A DNA stretch of 64,000 nt, from positions 1 to 64,000 of the IMG/VR virus record IMGVR_UViG_3300038679_000131; one strand, given 5' to 3'. Shown here piece by piece: positions 10,137 through 17,345 of the stretch. Position 1 is the stretch's first letter, and each line of letters opens with the position of its first letter. The notes under the pieces are model-generated. The model saw nothing but the letters and a program-made list of their open reading frames with translations. It was not told where the DNA came from and did not search any database. The DNA comes from a virus. A program made the translations under genes and the position numbers.

Positions 10137-10578
10137 TAAAGAATTTATAGAAGCATTTGGTCTCCATCTTACTTTAGATGGTTATAATTGTGATTATGAT
10201 TCTTTAATTAATTTAGATAAAGTCTATTCTTTTTTAGATGAAACACCTAATTCAATTGGTATGACAAAGATAATGCAACCATACGTTTTTAAATATCAAG
10301 GAAAAGTTCCAGAAGATTGGGGACTATCTGGTTTTGTATTAATTGCTGAATCTCATATTAGTATCCATACTTTTCCAGATAAATTATACCTTTCTATTGA
10401 TATTTTCTCTTGCAAGAGATTTGATCTTTTGTTGGCTGCTAATAAAGCTAAAAAATGTTTTGGAATTAAAAAATATGAGTCTCATGTTCTTAACAGAGGG
10501 ATTGAATTTCCAAGAGAGGTAAGACCAGTAGTTGAGCACATTCTTGGAGAAAGGGGAGAGATAAATGGCAAATGGTGA
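10126..10578 (+). CDS. speD: S-adenosylmethionine decarboxylase proenzyme
   Basis: 'GLHLTLD', 'GLSGFVLIAESHISIHTFP' (E-SH autocleavage site), 'DIFSC'. Confidence 0.93.
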   Translation: MENNKEFIEAFGLHLTLDGYNCDYDSLINLDKVYSFLDETPNSIGMTKIMQPYVFKYQGKVPEDWGLSGFVLIAESHISIHTFPDKLYLSIDIFSCKRFDLLLAANKAKKCFGIKKYESHVLNRGIEFPREVRPVVEHILGERGEINGKW

Positions 10579-10855
10579 TGCGAAGGTCTGGAATCTTGCG
10601 AATGTGATAATCACTATTATGGCTACAGTAATTGCCGTTATTATCGGTTTTGGATTAAATTCCATAACATCCAAGATAGAACAAGGTGACGCTTCAATTT
10701 ATGCCAGAATGGGAGAAATCAAAGCTGAGATTAAAGGTATGAATGATTGTATGATGAGGATGCAATCAGACATTACTAGACTTGATACCTTGCAAAAGAT
10801 GCGGCTTGAAAAGGAAGCAAGAGAGGAAAATCGAAAGAAGGGGTATTCCCAATGA
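10565..10855 (+). CDS. Single-TM plus coiled-coil protein (holin/antiholin candidate)
   Basis: N-terminal TM; upstream of endolysin. Confidence 0.45.
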   Translation: MANGDAKVWNLANVIITIMATVIAVIIGFGLNSITSKIEQGDASIYARMGEIKAEIKGMNDCMMRMQSDITRLDTLQKMRLEKEAREENRKKGYSQ

Positions 10856-11313
10856 AATTAGATGAGATAAAAGAATGTGTTGCTAAGTTTTTATTCCTTC
10901 TTGGGACAATGCTTATTGCTATGGTCATTTATTATGGAATTGAAGGAATGATAGTAGAGAGACCCGTTGTTGTTCCTATAAATGAACCATTTACAATTTG
11001 TAATGGCTATAAAATTGTTAAGCCAGGAAATGCAGTCTGTTATAAAATTCATTACTTTAAAAGGATTGATATTCCTGGAGACCTTACAAAGCAACTTATT
11101 ATTACAGCAAAGGACGGAAAAGAATATTATCTTCCTTTAGAGAGCACATCAGGTCATTTGCCAGCAGGAGAAGTAGAAAAACTTGCTTTTGCTAAAATAT
11201 CTGATTGGTCTCCAGAAGGTATAGCACATATAAAAATAAGTTCTATTCATCAAACTAGTAAGGGTCCACAGTTTTCAACTGTTATTACTGACAAATTCGA
11301 GGTGAGGAAATGA
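10852..11313 (+). CDS. Single-TM protein, lysis region
   Basis: N-terminal TM followed by a beta-rich domain. Confidence 0.45.
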   Translation: MKLDEIKECVAKFLFLLGTMLIAMVIYYGIEGMIVERPVVVPINEPFTICNGYKIVKPGNAVCYKIHYFKRIDIPGDLTKQLIITAKDGKEYYLPLESTSGHLPAGEVEKLAFAKISDWSPEGIAHIKISSIHQTSKGPQFSTVITDKFEVRK

Positions 11314-11789
11314 AATACGAAGTCATTGACAATCTCTTGTATTTAGACGGAAGCCCTGTAGAATTTTTACAGTCTCCTAATCATGGGAGAGAAATTAAGC
11401 CCCGTATAATTGTAATTCATTATACTGGAGACAATTCTTGTCAAGGAGCTGTTTCTTGGCTGACTTCAACTCAATCTGGCGTATCTGCTCATTTAGTAAT
11501 TGACAAAGATGGAACTATTTATCAATTACTTCCATTTAATATTGCTGCTTGGCACGCCGGGAAAGGTTCATATAATGGTGAACCTTATGTTAATAACTTT
11601 TCAATTGGAATAGAAAATGTAGGAATTGGGGATGAATGGCCTGAAGAACAAATCACAGTGATTGGTGAAGTTATTAAAGCTTTGTTTGCAGCCTATCCTC
11701 TCGAAAATGTAGTGGGTCATTCTGATGTAGCGCCTGGCCGTAAGGCTGATCCTGGTCCTAATTTTCCTTGGGATAAGGTAACGTCATAA
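11310..11789 (+). CDS. Endolysin, N-acetylmuramoyl-L-alanine amidase (Amidase_2/AmpD-like)
   Basis: 'IVIHYT', 'SAH', 'AWHAG', 'SIGIE', 'GHSDVAPGRKADPG'. Confidence 0.93.
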   Translation: MKYEVIDNLLYLDGSPVEFLQSPNHGREIKPRIIVIHYTGDNSCQGAVSWLTSTQSGVSAHLVIDKDGTIYQLLPFNIAAWHAGKGSYNGEPYVNNFSIGIENVGIGDEWPEEQITVIGEVIKALFAAYPLENVVGHSDVAPGRKADPGPNFPWDKVTS

Positions 11790-12115
11790 TGGACACTGAA
11801 GTAAAGATTACACAAGATAATTGCCTTGATGAAGTTGAAATGTTGTGGCAGGCTGTTTGTGCTTTTTTTGGTATGGATCCTGATCTTATACCTAGACCTA
11901 GATATTCATGGGTGGGAGATCAAATTCTTGAAATGGGAGAAATGAGAATTGCCGGTCTTGGTAGAGATAGGAAAACAATTTATTTGTCCAATGAAACTGA
12001 TGTTTATCGTGGACATATAGCTCATGAAATAGCTCATTATATTAGATGGCAGATAGCTAGGGATGAAAGTGAGCATTACCCTGTTGAAGTAGACAAGGAG
12101 CTTTACAGGTTATGA
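11789..12115 (+). CDS. Small HExxH zinc-metallopeptidase-like protein
   Basis: 'IAHEIAH' plus downstream Glu. Confidence 0.5.
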   Translation: MDTEVKITQDNCLDEVEMLWQAVCAFFGMDPDLIPRPRYSWVGDQILEMGEMRIAGLGRDRKTIYLSNETDVYRGHIAHEIAHYIRWQIARDESEHYPVEVDKELYRL

Positions 12116-12447
12116 CAAGGTATCGTGGGTTCTGGAGAGAATTAATTAGCCGAAGTAATCAATATGTTAATACTATGGCTATTATCTCTTTAATCATTTC
12201 TGCTCCTATTGTTTTACTATCTGTTGCTGCTTTAATTTATGATATTTGGATATTAGGATATGGATTGACTGAAGTTTCTGTTAAATTACTTATTGCATTG
12301 ATTGGTGCGGCCACTGGAGGTTTGGCAGTAAGTCAATTTTCTAAAAGAACATATACTGAAATGTCTGGGATGATTTCAGGAATGGGACCAAGTTCAGATA
12401 AATCAAATATTCCTATTCGTGGTCCAAAAGGAGAACGTGATGACTAG
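12112..12447 (+). CDS. Two-TM protein, holin candidate
   Basis: Two hydrophobic helices; lysis cassette. Confidence 0.55.
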   Translation: MTRYRGFWRELISRSNQYVNTMAIISLIISAPIVLLSVAALIYDIWILGYGLTEVSVKLLIALIGAATGGLAVSQFSKRTYTEMSGMISGMGPSSDKSNIPIRGPKGERDD

Positions 12448-12730
12448 AATAATTTCTATTTTAACTTTGATTGGGATGGCCTTTGCCTTGTTCTTTTGGG
12501 CAGATAGTAGGTTTGCTAAGTGTGCTGAGGTAAAGGCTGTTGAGCGGCGGCTGGACTACAAGATTGAATCAGACAAGTTGAACTCTGCCCAAGCCCGGCT
12601 CTGGACCCTGGAGGATAGGTATGGTAGTAATTTGGATGCAGTAAGACAACCTGAAGTTAGACAACAGATGAAAGAACTCAAGGCTATTGTTAATACTCTG
12701 GATAACCGGGTAAAAGCATTGGAGAAATGA
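12440..12730 (+). CDS. Single-TM plus coiled-coil protein
   Basis: RBS AGGAG; N-terminal TM. Confidence 0.5.
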   Translation: MTRIISILTLIGMAFALFFWADSRFAKCAEVKAVERRLDYKIESDKLNSAQARLWTLEDRYGSNLDAVRQPEVRQQMKELKAIVNTLDNRVKALEK

Positions 12731-12731
12731 T

Positions 12732-13088
12732 ATGTTTGGATTGGGAATATTTACCTATTTGAAAATAGGACTGGTGATTGTTGTCTTGGCTGTCTGCGGG
12801 TACTATGTCTGGTCATACCAACATATGAAGGGGCAGATCACCGAACTCAAGGCCGAGATAGATGGTCTCAAACTCCGAGCCGAGATCATTGAGAAGGCCC
12901 AGAAGGCCACCGATGAATATCTGAAGAAAAAGACCATCATCCAGACCAGGGTGGTGAAGGAGAAGGCTAATGTCGATAAGGTTGTGGAGTCTAATGACAA
13001 TCCTGCTATGCGTGATCTGTTTATCCGGAATGGCTTGCTCCAAGACAATCGCAACGATCCCAAAGGTGGGGCCACGAGCCGTCCCTGA
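12732..13088 (+). CDS. i-spanin (Rz-like)
   Basis: N-terminal TM plus periplasmic coiled coil; overlapped by a lipoprotein gene. Confidence 0.75.
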   Translation: MFGLGIFTYLKIGLVIVVLAVCGYYVWSYQHMKGQITELKAEIDGLKLRAEIIEKAQKATDEYLKKKTIIQTRVVKEKANVDKVVESNDNPAMRDLFIRNGLLQDNRNDPKGGATSRP

Positions 13089-13275
13089 CATCATTTTGCC
13101 AGAACGTCCTACCTTCACCCCTCTGACACAGGCTGAGTTCGATGCTATCCCGATCCAAGCCAAGGGGAAAATACTCAAAAACCAAACTGACTGGATTGCC
13201 TGGGCGGATATTGCTGACGCTGCGGTGCAGGGGTATCGAGGTTATATCAAGGACCTGTTTATGGAAAAGAAGTAA
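12994..13275 (+). CDS. o-spanin (Rz1-like lipoprotein)
   Basis: RBS GGAG; signal 'MTILLCVICLSGMAC'; Pro-rich; overlaps the i-spanin 3' end in another frame. Confidence 0.72.
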   Translation: MTILLCVICLSGMACSKTIATIPKVGPRAVPDIILPERPTFTPLTQAEFDAIPIQAKGKILKNQTDWIAWADIADAAVQGYRGYIKDLFMEKK

Positions 13276-13281
13276 TGCGCA

Positions 13282-13659
13282 TCACTTCACCCCCGTAGCC
13301 TTGGCTGCAAGGAGGATGGCGAGGGCAGGATTGTTTGCTGATGGCCCTCTTAACCATCTCCCCGGATCATTGGTAGAAAATAGCCCTTCCCAATTTCCTG
13401 CCACACATCCCTGGCGTACTTCAAAGCCTTTCCACCCCAACTCCCTCATTCTCTCCACCACCATGAAGGTTTGGTTGAGGTCGGTTAGTGGATTCCATAA
13501 TTTTGTGAACATGACAAAATCAGGCTCCCCATCTATTTTGTTAGTTTCCCAATACTCTTCATCGGTTAAGACAGAATCGGGGATGGTAATAATTCTTTTG
13601 TACCACCCCATCACCCCCGCTGCCCAATCCCGTAATTCAAGTCGATGTTCTTCGTTCAT
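13282..13659 (-). CDS. Phage ABA-sandwich-like protein
   Basis: 'WNPLTDLNQTFMVVERM' and 'PALAILLAA'. Confidence 0.6.
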   Translation of the reverse strand: MNEEHRLELRDWAAGVMGWYKRIITIPDSVLTDEEYWETNKIDGEPDFVMFTKLWNPLTDLNQTFMVVERMRELGWKGFEVRQGCVAGNWEGLFSTNDPGRWLRGPSANNPALAILLAAKATGVK

Positions 13660-13673
13660 GGTTTCTTATCCTT

Positions 13674-13931
13674 CTATAAAAAGAGCATAGTTTGTGTTTC
13701 AGAGTATTCATAATTTTCGGCCATCAATTCCACTTTATCTAATGCCCTGTCATTCCTAAACCCATAGTCCTTCGTGTCGAGAAACTCTCTTACTTTTTTA
13801 TAGGCATGGTCTGGGTTTGCGGCTATGACATAAGAAATCTTGTAATTTATACCAGTTACATACCCCCCAAAGCCCCTTAAGATAACTCTGTAAAGTTTAG
13901 GGTAATCAAATTTATTTGCCTGTTCGTTCAT
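13674..13931 (-). CDS. Hypothetical protein
   Basis: RBS GGAGG; coupled to the upstream gene. Confidence 0.6.
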   Translation of the reverse strand: MNEQANKFDYPKLYRVILRGFGGYVTGINYKISYVIAANPDHAYKKVREFLDTKDYGFRNDRALDKVELMAENYEYSETQTMLFL

Positions 13932-14290
13932 GACTTTTCCTCCATTATCGCCTTGACCTTGGGGCTGGATAAGACCTCTCTAACAATGGACGCAGAACAC
14001 AGAGGGCTATGTCCTTCGTCTTGGTCCATACCACACTCTAAACACACAAATCTGTCAGAGAGGTCTATCCGACGATAATTTCCCGTATACTGACTTAGTA
14101 TTGGGACTATCTTTCTCACCAAGGAGCGGAGGGTGGTGCATTCGGTTTCTTTATTATTGACCATTGCAGCTAACCCAAGGGCCAAGTCTTTTAAATCATT
14201 TATTACCTCTTTGCTTGGAAGACATTTATGTGGATGAACATAAGTCTTGCCACATTTGCGACATTCGCATATACCAACAAGGTCATCCAT
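13928..14290 (-). CDS. Cys/His-rich small protein
   Basis: CxxC motifs; shares DNA blocks with the neighbouring gene. Confidence 0.6.
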   Translation of the reverse strand: MDDLVGICECRKCGKTYVHPHKCLPSKEVINDLKDLALGLAAMVNNKETECTTLRSLVRKIVPILSQYTGNYRRIDLSDRFVCLECGMDQDEGHSPLCSASIVREVLSSPKVKAIMEEKS

Positions 14291-14308
14291 TTCTTTCTCC
14301 TTACTTCG

Positions 14309-14602
14309 TTATCTGTTTTGTGGATATACTAAATCTTCGCTGTGAGGCATATCTTTGGGGCCAATATTTTCCATTATAGCCTTGACCTCTGGGCGGTTGA
14401 GTATTTCTGCCTTGCCTAAAGTTAGTTTAGATATAACCAGTCCCATCTCTCTTACCAAGGAGCGGAGGGTGGTGAGTTCGGCTTCGTAGCAGGGGCTTAG
14501 TCTCCATATCTTACCATTTTTAATATAGGACATACAATTAAATACGGTATAGTATAAATGATCGTGAACACCAGCCTCGCAAAATGGACATTTATCCATC
14601 AC
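14309..14602 (-). CDS. Cys-rich small protein
   Basis: CPFC; RBS GGGAGG. Confidence 0.6.
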   Translation of the reverse strand: MMDKCPFCEAGVHDHLYYTVFNCMSYIKNGKIWRLSPCYEAELTTLRSLVREMGLVISKLTLGKAEILNRPEVKAIMENIGPKDMPHSEDLVYPQNR

Positions 14603-14604
14603 AA

Positions 14605-14646
14605 CCTCCCCGACCCACTATTTCTTACCCGCCGTGGGGCTGGCAA
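14605..14646 (-). promoter_or_regulatory. Putative H-type pseudoknot leader, copy A
   Basis: TTGCC/GGCGG and CCCAC/GTGGG stems directly before the RBS. Confidence 0.5.
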
Positions 14647-14940
14647 CTATAATAAACCTGCTTTGATAATTTCAGGTTCATAATCTACTGCTACTTCCCA
14701 AAGTGAACCTAAACAGATACATCCATCTATCTCATATTGAATTATGTTATAAACTTCGTGACAGAAGTTGCAGTATTTATAAGAATTGATTTTACCATCC
14801 CATTTTCCGGTAAAGATATGGTATTCTTCCCCTGGGTCTATAACCGATAAGCATTCACAGCATATATGGCTTTTCCTGGCCTTTCGTTTCGTGTCCACCC
14901 AAAAATCAAAGCCATCTGAATAATCACAATAGCAACCCAT
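14647..14940 (-). CDS. Zn-binding Cys-rich phage protein
   Basis: 'KARKSHICCEC...YCNFC'. Confidence 0.65.
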   Translation of the reverse strand: MGCYCDYSDGFDFWVDTKRKARKSHICCECLSVIDPGEEYHIFTGKWDGKINSYKYCNFCHEVYNIIQYEIDGCICLGSLWEVAVDYEPEIIKAGLL

Positions 14941-14945
14941 ATTCT

Positions 14946-14987
14946 CTCCTCGCCAGGCATTTCTAACCCGCCCCTGGCTGGCGGGGG
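14946..14987 (-). promoter_or_regulatory. Putative H-type pseudoknot leader, copy B
   Basis: CCCGCC/GGCGGG and GCCAGG/CCTGGC stems directly before RBS GAGGAG. Confidence 0.55.
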
Positions 14988-15052
14988 TTACGTAGGACGA
15001 GGGTTCTCGTCAAACATGACAACCACCCCCCTCTCTCGCAGTAGCGAAGTCT

Positions 15053-15229
15053 CTATTCCCAAAACACCCTGTGACAATACTGACACTGACTAACTCTATG
15101 AGGTTCAAGCATAATATAGAATAGTGATTGTTTTTCACAGTAAGGGCAATACCCAAGTTGTATATTGCGTAAATCAGCATCCGTCATTATATGCAGTTTA
15201 ATTTGTAATTCAGGATAGAACGAAATCAT
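15053..15229 (-). CDS. 58 aa zinc-ribbon protein (not in ORF track)
   Basis: MISFYPE...CPYC...CQYCHRVFWE; RBS-like GAGGGAG upstream. Confidence 0.55.
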   Translation of the reverse strand: MISFYPELQIKLHIMTDADLRNIQLGYCPYCEKQSLFYIMLEPHRVSQCQYCHRVFWE

Positions 15230-15290
15230 ATACTCCCTCTCGCTGTAGCGAATTGTCCCTCATCACGCCCAGGGGCATGGGGAGCTACGA

Positions 15291-15491
15291 TCACCACCCT
15301 ATATCAAATTGCCTAATTATACCGTTACAAAGCAAGACCTTAAAACGATCTTCCCTATGCCTTTTGTGTTTAGATTTCCATAAAGCATTGGCCCTCTTTT
15401 GGATAAAGACTGCATATTCAAGAGAACCCTTAAAGCTACCAATAAAGATGGCGGTCCTTGTCGAAATAGCTTGAAATATATCCCAATGCAT
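15291..15491 (-). CDS. Hypothetical 66 aa protein
   Basis: Strong RBS AAAGGAGG. Confidence 0.6.
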   Translation of the reverse strand: MHWDIFQAISTRTAIFIGSFKGSLEYAVFIQKRANALWKSKHKRHREDRFKVLLCNGIIRQFDIGW

Positions 15492-15541
15492 TGTCTTTTC
15501 CTCCTTTCAAAATGGTCCCGGGTTTGTCCAGGTCCGGGAAC

Positions 15542-15621
15542 TGGTTTGGTTGTGGGCCGGATTCCCCACCCGAAGGGGACGTTCGACTCAACCTCGACGC
15601 TGCCACGCCGCCACAACCAAA
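15542..15621 (-). ncRNA. tRNA-like structured element, short copy
   Basis: 11-bp closing stem, GNRA and UUCG loops, shares GAATCCGGC with the long copy, followed by CCA. Confidence 0.45.
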
Positions 15622-15718
15622 TCCTGTAATCAATGCGCCTTGGGAGGTCTTATCTAACTCCGCTCAAAATTGGCGTTCCTTCCAATCAGGCGTAGTGCCT
15701 CCCTCAGCGCAATCCTAA

Positions 15719-15886
15719 TCCTGGGGGCCGGATTCGATACCGGCTTCGGTTACCCTTTATCTTTGTCGTTAACTTTTAATCAAAGGGAGGATTACCGAAA
15801 CCCCTGTACTTCACTTTCCCCTTGTCTTTTAGGTTGGGATGGAGAAGCACCACCACCTATCCCGGTTCCCGCCGGGCCGCCCCAGG
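15719..15886 (-). ncRNA. tRNA-like structured RNA (~168 nt)
   Basis: 7-bp acceptor-like stem CCTGGGG/CCCCAGG, D-like arm, T-like arm GCCGG-TATCGAAT-CCGGC, long extra arm. Confidence 0.55.
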
Positions 15887-15892
15887 TAATTT

Positions 15893-16177
15893 TTATTTCT
15901 TAACTTCTTGAAAATGTGTTTTCAAACTATTGTGCATTTTAAAATGCACAACCATTTTTTCAGGAACATTGACTGGAGAACCATCTTTTGGGTTCCTAGC
16001 AATTCTTGCTTTTCTTACCCTAACAGAAAAAGTACCAATTCCATTGATTTGAATGGATTTGTCTTTTTCTAATGCTTCTACAAGACACTCAGGCAAATTC
16101 TGAAGGATATGAGTTAAACTTGCCTTTTGATAACCTGTTTTTTCAAACATTGGTCCCACTAATTGTGTGATTGCCAT
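15893..16177 (-). CDS. HU/IHF-family DNA-binding protein
   Basis: 'IQINGIGTFSVRVRKARIARNPKDG...VHFK'. Confidence 0.9.
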   Translation of the reverse strand: MAITQLVGPMFEKTGYQKASLTHILQNLPECLVEALEKDKSIQINGIGTFSVRVRKARIARNPKDGSPVNVPEKMVVHFKMHNSLKTHFQEVKK

Positions 16178-16832
16178 TTTCCTTCCTCCTTTTTATTTCT
16201 TCACCTATTATTTTATTTAAATACTCACAGTGTTTTATTCTTCTTTCCAATCTTATCGGGGTTGTTCCCATTGCAAACGAAGCTTTTCTTATTGAGAGAC
16301 CTTTTTCAACAATTAAATATTCTATACAATCCACAACAGAATCAAAACCAAATTTATTTGCTCTTTTAAGCCACCTAACATAATCTGGAGTTTTTCTTAT
16401 CCCGAATCTAACTTTATCAGGAAAAATAGTATTTCCTGAAAGGTCAACAGGAAATTTTCTGAGGTCTCTCCAGATATTTTTAGGATATGACCCTAAATCT
16501 TCTGCAATCTTCGCAAGGGTGTATCCTCTTTTAATTCTGTCATGAACAAAATTTACTATGCTTGCACTTACATTGCCTCTCCCTGAATTTATAACTGATT
16601 TTCTTTTAAAATGCCCTGCTGTAGAACGATTAAAATTAAGGGGAGCATATTTTCTCAAGTAAGTATTTAACCATGTTTTACTAACTTGTATCCCAAATCT
16701 TTCCAATATCACTTTTTTTAAGCTTACAAATGAATTACCTTTATAGATATGCTCTCTTACAAATTCCTGTATGTCTTTATAACCGTTTTTTAATACGGCA
16801 GCTTCTAACCTGATTATATGTGGAGTTCTCAT
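16143..16832 (-). CDS. Multi-HTH DNA-binding protein
   Basis: 'YTLAKIAEDLG', 'LSIRKASFAMG'. Confidence 0.55.
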   Translation of the reverse strand: MRTPHIIRLEAAVLKNGYKDIQEFVREHIYKGNSFVSLKKVILERFGIQVSKTWLNTYLRKYAPLNFNRSTAGHFKRKSVINSGRGNVSASIVNFVHDRIKRGYTLAKIAEDLGSYPKNIWRDLRKFPVDLSGNTIFPDKVRFGIRKTPDYVRWLKRANKFGFDSVVDCIEYLIVEKGLSIRKASFAMGTTPIRLERRIKHCEYLNKIIGEEIKRRKENGNHTISGTNV

Positions 16833-16877
16833 ATTAATCTACCTTTATTTTATATCTTAATTGGAATTTCCTTAATT

Positions 16878-17345
16878 TTATGATAAATCCACAATACGAA
16901 TATATTTCTCTTTTAATACTTGTTTTTGTTCCTGTTGTTTATTTTCTTTTGTAAAACCACGTCTATGTATATTTTCAAGCAAGTAATTTTTTCTACACCC
17001 CCTTTCAGTAAGATAACTAAGTTCATTAAGACTTATTTCCCAAGGAGAATCATTAATCTTTCTTGGAATAGTATCCTCAACTATATTCACAAGAAAAGAA
17101 CAAAAGTGAAAATTCTCTTTTTTAAGAAGTTCTTCATCAATATAAAGACCAATTATTTCTTTAGTAAAAGACCTCATTTCAGCAATTAATTTGAATCTAT
17201 GCTCAATTATAGAAAGATGATTGGAATCATCTAATAGGGCATTAAAAGAAATTTTAGGATAACTAGGGATATAAAATAAACTAACTAAGTTCCCCTTATC
17301 AAAATTAATTTTTCCTGTTCTGTGAATAAATACTCTTATGTTCAT
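16878..17345 (-). CDS. Hypothetical protein (C-terminal KYIRIVDLS)
   Basis: Coupled to the SbcC-like gene. Confidence 0.55.
   Translation of the reverse strand: MNIRVFIHRTGKINFDKGNLVSLFYIPSYPKISFNALLDDSNHLSIIEHRFKLIAEMRSFTKEIIGLYIDEELLKKENFHFCSFLVNIVEDTIPRKINDSPWEISLNELSYLTERGCRKNYLLENIHRRGFTKENKQQEQKQVLKEKYIRIVDLS

Noticed and set aside
13142-13690. 182 aa + strand ORF
   Set aside because: Antisense shadow of the ABA-sandwich gene; no RBS or motifs.
15719-15886. tmRNA or tRNA-Sec interpretation
   Set aside because: No G3-U70 alanine acceptor or tag ORF, too short for tmRNA, no TCA anticodon, no encoded CCA.
15317-15903. Several overlapping ORFs on both strands in the GC-rich block
   Set aside because: No RBS and no protein features; openness is explained by high GC and RNA structure.
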